Source of the DNA: Candidatus Curtissbacteria bacterium
GTDB lineage: Bacteria > Patescibacteriota > Microgenomatia > Curtissbacterales > GWA2-41-24
Assembly: GCA_016183325.1 (NCBI GenBank)
Contig: JACPEV010000011.1
Coordinates: forward strand, 36,782-100,781
Length of the DNA: 64,000 nt
Direction of reading: 5' to 3'
This document shows positions 62,801 through 64,000 of this stretch, piece after piece (position 1 is the stretch's first letter; the number at the start of each line of letters is the position of its first letter). Made by a program: the position numbers and the translations under genes. The notes beneath the pieces are model-generated. The model saw only the letters and a program-made list of their open reading frames with translations, had not been told where the DNA came from and did no database searches.

Positions 62801-63326
62801 GTATCTCTAGGAAAAAGTTTCTTTGGCCAAAAATCTGCTGATACTGCTCGATACTCTTCTGGGCTTCTTTTAAATCTGCTTCAATAATTGATTTAGCGAT
62901 CTGGGATGAGGAACACCCCGACAGGGCAATCAAACCCTCTGAATATTTTGCCAGGATTCCTTGGTCTACTCTTGGCCTGTAATAAAACCCTTCCAGGTGA
63001 GCGATTGTTACCAGTTTCATTAGATTTTTATACCCCTGGTAGTCTTGTGCCAAAACAGTTAGATGGTAATTCTCGTTATCTTTTCCCGCTTCTTTATCTG
63101 TGAGCTTTCTTTTGGCGACATACATTTCGCAGCCGATGATTGGATTGATACCTTCTTGCTTGCACTCTTTATAAAATTTGATTGCTCCATATAGTGAACC
63201 ATGGTCGGTGATTGCTAAATGTTTCATGCCGAAAATTTTGGCCTGGGAAACTAGTTTGGGGATTTTAGAGAGCCCATCCAAAAGCGAATATTCACTATGA
63301 GCATGAAGATGAACGAAGTCGGACAT
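59826..63326 (-). CDS. dnaE: DNA polymerase III alpha subunit
   Basis: N-terminal PHP domain HLHAHSEYSLLDG, palm/fingers motifs, C-terminal OB-fold. Confidence 0.95.
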   Translation of the reverse strand: MSDFVHLHAHSEYSLLDGLSKIPKLVSQAKIFGMKHLAITDHGSLYGAIKFYKECKQEGINPIIGCEMYVAKRKLTDKEAGKDNENYHLTVLAQDYQGYKNLMKLVTIAHLEGFYYRPRVDQGILAKYSEGLIALSGCSSSQIAKSIIEADLKEAQKSIEQYQQIFGQRNFFLEIQRHLFEKFMTANTPGTEIYQELEKMARDEKKLIEGIKNLSKITKIPFVATNDIHYVKPLDAQAQDAIVCIQTGKMISDTKRLRMIDSPTYYLKNSDEMQELFEDLPEAVTNTQEIARRVNIEITLQKIAFPKFEVSQNINPDDYLKSLCFERIKNRIADVTEEIKERLEYELSVIAKKGYSTYFLVVADFVNWSRERGIISTTRGSASGSLVSFALGITSVDPLFFELPFERFLNLYRPTLPDIDVDFADNKRDEVIEYVRDKYGREKVAQIGTFGTMMARAAVRDVARVLGWPYSKADRIAKMIPIGAQGFHMSLDTAKKQNRELGELYRQDAEVKQLLDLAEKVEGNARHVSVHAAGVVIAPDDLTYYTPLQKETSGEKIITQYDMYDIEEAGLVKMDFLGIRNLSILGEVVEIVKRNRNENIDLSTIPLDDKKAFAILAKGETMGLFQLGGSGMTRYLKELKPTNIFDIMAMISLFRPGPMNSIPEFIERKHNPKKVKFFDPRMADYLKKSYGVIVYQDDVLLTAINIAGYSWEEADKFRKAMGKKIPAEMARQKEKFVSGCVKNGMTSQRADELFKHIEPFAAYGFNKAHAASYAVIAYQTAYMKANFPVEFMTAVMSAESDDADKIGAAVAECAKMAIKVLPPDVNFSQTGFAIENDKEESIRFGLSAIKNVGDAAIEAIISERDTNGQFKSLDDFARRVNLRVVNRKTLESLIKAGAMDRFGRRNAMLRVLDEIKSQGASLSKTIAEGQGTLFDDIELEKQAAPASISTLLATIEEAPKEEILSWERQLLGLYLTEHPLTKVAAKIAKIASITISEIDPATSRSVKIAGIITSLRKTLTKVKKEEMCFLKLQDMTGTIEVLVFPRVFETSRSYLITDQIVLIAGKLEEGETTPILIAQSVKSINQVEEEEFEPQSTLEVAIPQDADRILLSKIYHVLKSNPGDNQTFLVLQSSNGSPKKFQVPFGAKKTSQLAQELEVLGCRILT

Positions 63327-63375
63327 AGTTCGGTGTTTCAGTTATTCAGTGTATCAGAAATCTAGGCTTTGTGGT

Positions 63376-64000
63376 TTATTCTCTCAGCTTCTCTTGCAGC
63401 ATTGATTTTACACTGTTTACGTCCAGCTTTGATCCCGCTTTCCTCATCACTTGCCCTATTAAGAAACTCAGTGCGTTCTCCTTGCCGCTTTTATAGTCTT
63501 CTACTGCTTTTTGGTGTTTTGCAAGGATTTCGGTAATGATTTCATGTAATTCCTCCGCGGTAGCAACTTTGATTATTGTGAGACTAGAAACTATGCCTTT
63601 TATTATAGAAGCCGGCCCCATATCGGGCTTCTTGTTTATCATAACGATTGATATCTGCCTTGGAGTGACACCTAGAGGATTTCCTATTTTAACCGCCTCT
63701 TCGAAATCGTTAGCAACTTTTTGTCCTCGAGTCAGAATTTCTATTTCATATGGAGGAAGTTTATATTCGTCCTGAAATCGTTTAAACTTTTCATCGGGTA
63801 ACTCTGGAATACTTTTTTTGAGCTTTACAAAATAATTTTTATTAAATTCAAATGGCGGCAAATCAGGCTCGGGAAAATAACGATAATCATGTGCTGCCTC
63901 TTTTGACCTTTGGCTAACGGTTTGGTTTTTGAACTCATTCCAGCCACGGGTTTCTTGTACTGGAATTTTTCCGCTATCCAGAATTTCCGCCTGTCTTTTA
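63376..64000 (-). CDS. gatB: Aspartyl/glutamyl-tRNA amidotransferase subunit B, C-terminal part (gene runs off the window end)
   Basis: C-terminal GatB/YqeY domain (...ENALSFLIGQVMRKAGSKLDVNSVKSMLQEKL). The open frame continues to position 64000. Confidence 0.8.
   Translation of the reverse strand, partial: KRQAEILDSGKIPVQETRGWNEFKNQTVSQRSKEAAHDYRYFPEPDLPPFEFNKNYFVKLKKSIPELPDEKFKRFQDEYKLPPYEIEILTRGQKVANDFEEAVKIGNPLGVTPRQISIVMINKKPDMGPASIIKGIVSSLTIIKVATAEELHEIITEILAKHQKAVEDYKSGKENALSFLIGQVMRKAGSKLDVNSVKSMLQEKLRE

Overview
This is a ~64 kb AT-rich, densely coded bacterial chromosomal segment, probably from a small-genome lineage. That guess rests on compact genes, several leaderless or near-leaderless starts, and a TIGR02436-type four-helix-bundle gene; it is inference only. 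The core content I can support from sequence is as follows. DNA repair and SOS genes: uvrA, uvrB, a short uvrC, lexA, a Y-family polymerase dinB, xseA/xseB, dnaE, rnhB and yraN. Lower glycolysis genes gpmI–eno–PEP synthase run as one minus-strand block, with a YvcK gluconeogenesis factor, rpe, a PfkB kinase, a 2-hydroxyacid dehydrogenase and a glycerate kinase (partial, at the window start). Translation and other genes include typA, rplS, gatB (partial, at the window end), secG, rsmI, a DEAD-box helicase and an RNase J-like β-CASP hydrolase. Transporters are CorA, NRAMP and DedA. There are seven tRNA genes (Leu-TAA, Pro-TGG, Gly-TCC, Arg-TCT, His-GTG, Glu-TTC, Lys-TTT) and two tRNA-like pseudo-elements. 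The accessory region at 39.5–48.9 kb holds three small YhbQ-like GIY-YIG nuclease genes, each abutting a tRNA gene or tRNA fragment with short direct repeats. It also holds a retropepsin-like two-gene module, a promoter-to-terminator three-gene operon built around a MutL/MORC-type GHKL ATPase (my best candidate for an undescribed conflict or defence system), and a 326-aa protein with loose ADP-ribosyltransferase-like motifs. Other non-genic structure I saw: a four-copy MITE-like palindromic element family (GTCATTCTGG...CCAGAATGAC); a 15-bp tRNA-Arg 3'-end sequence repeated three times and bracketing an epimerase gene; two paralogous promoter–hairpin–terminator modules flanking the four-helix-bundle gene; arrays of GGTAGA-type iterons; a perfect 20-bp palindrome over the uvrA promoter; and heptanucleotide repeats inside two coding regions. 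I saw no rRNA genes and no CRISPR array. All calls come from reading the sequence and motif recall; I ran no database searches.
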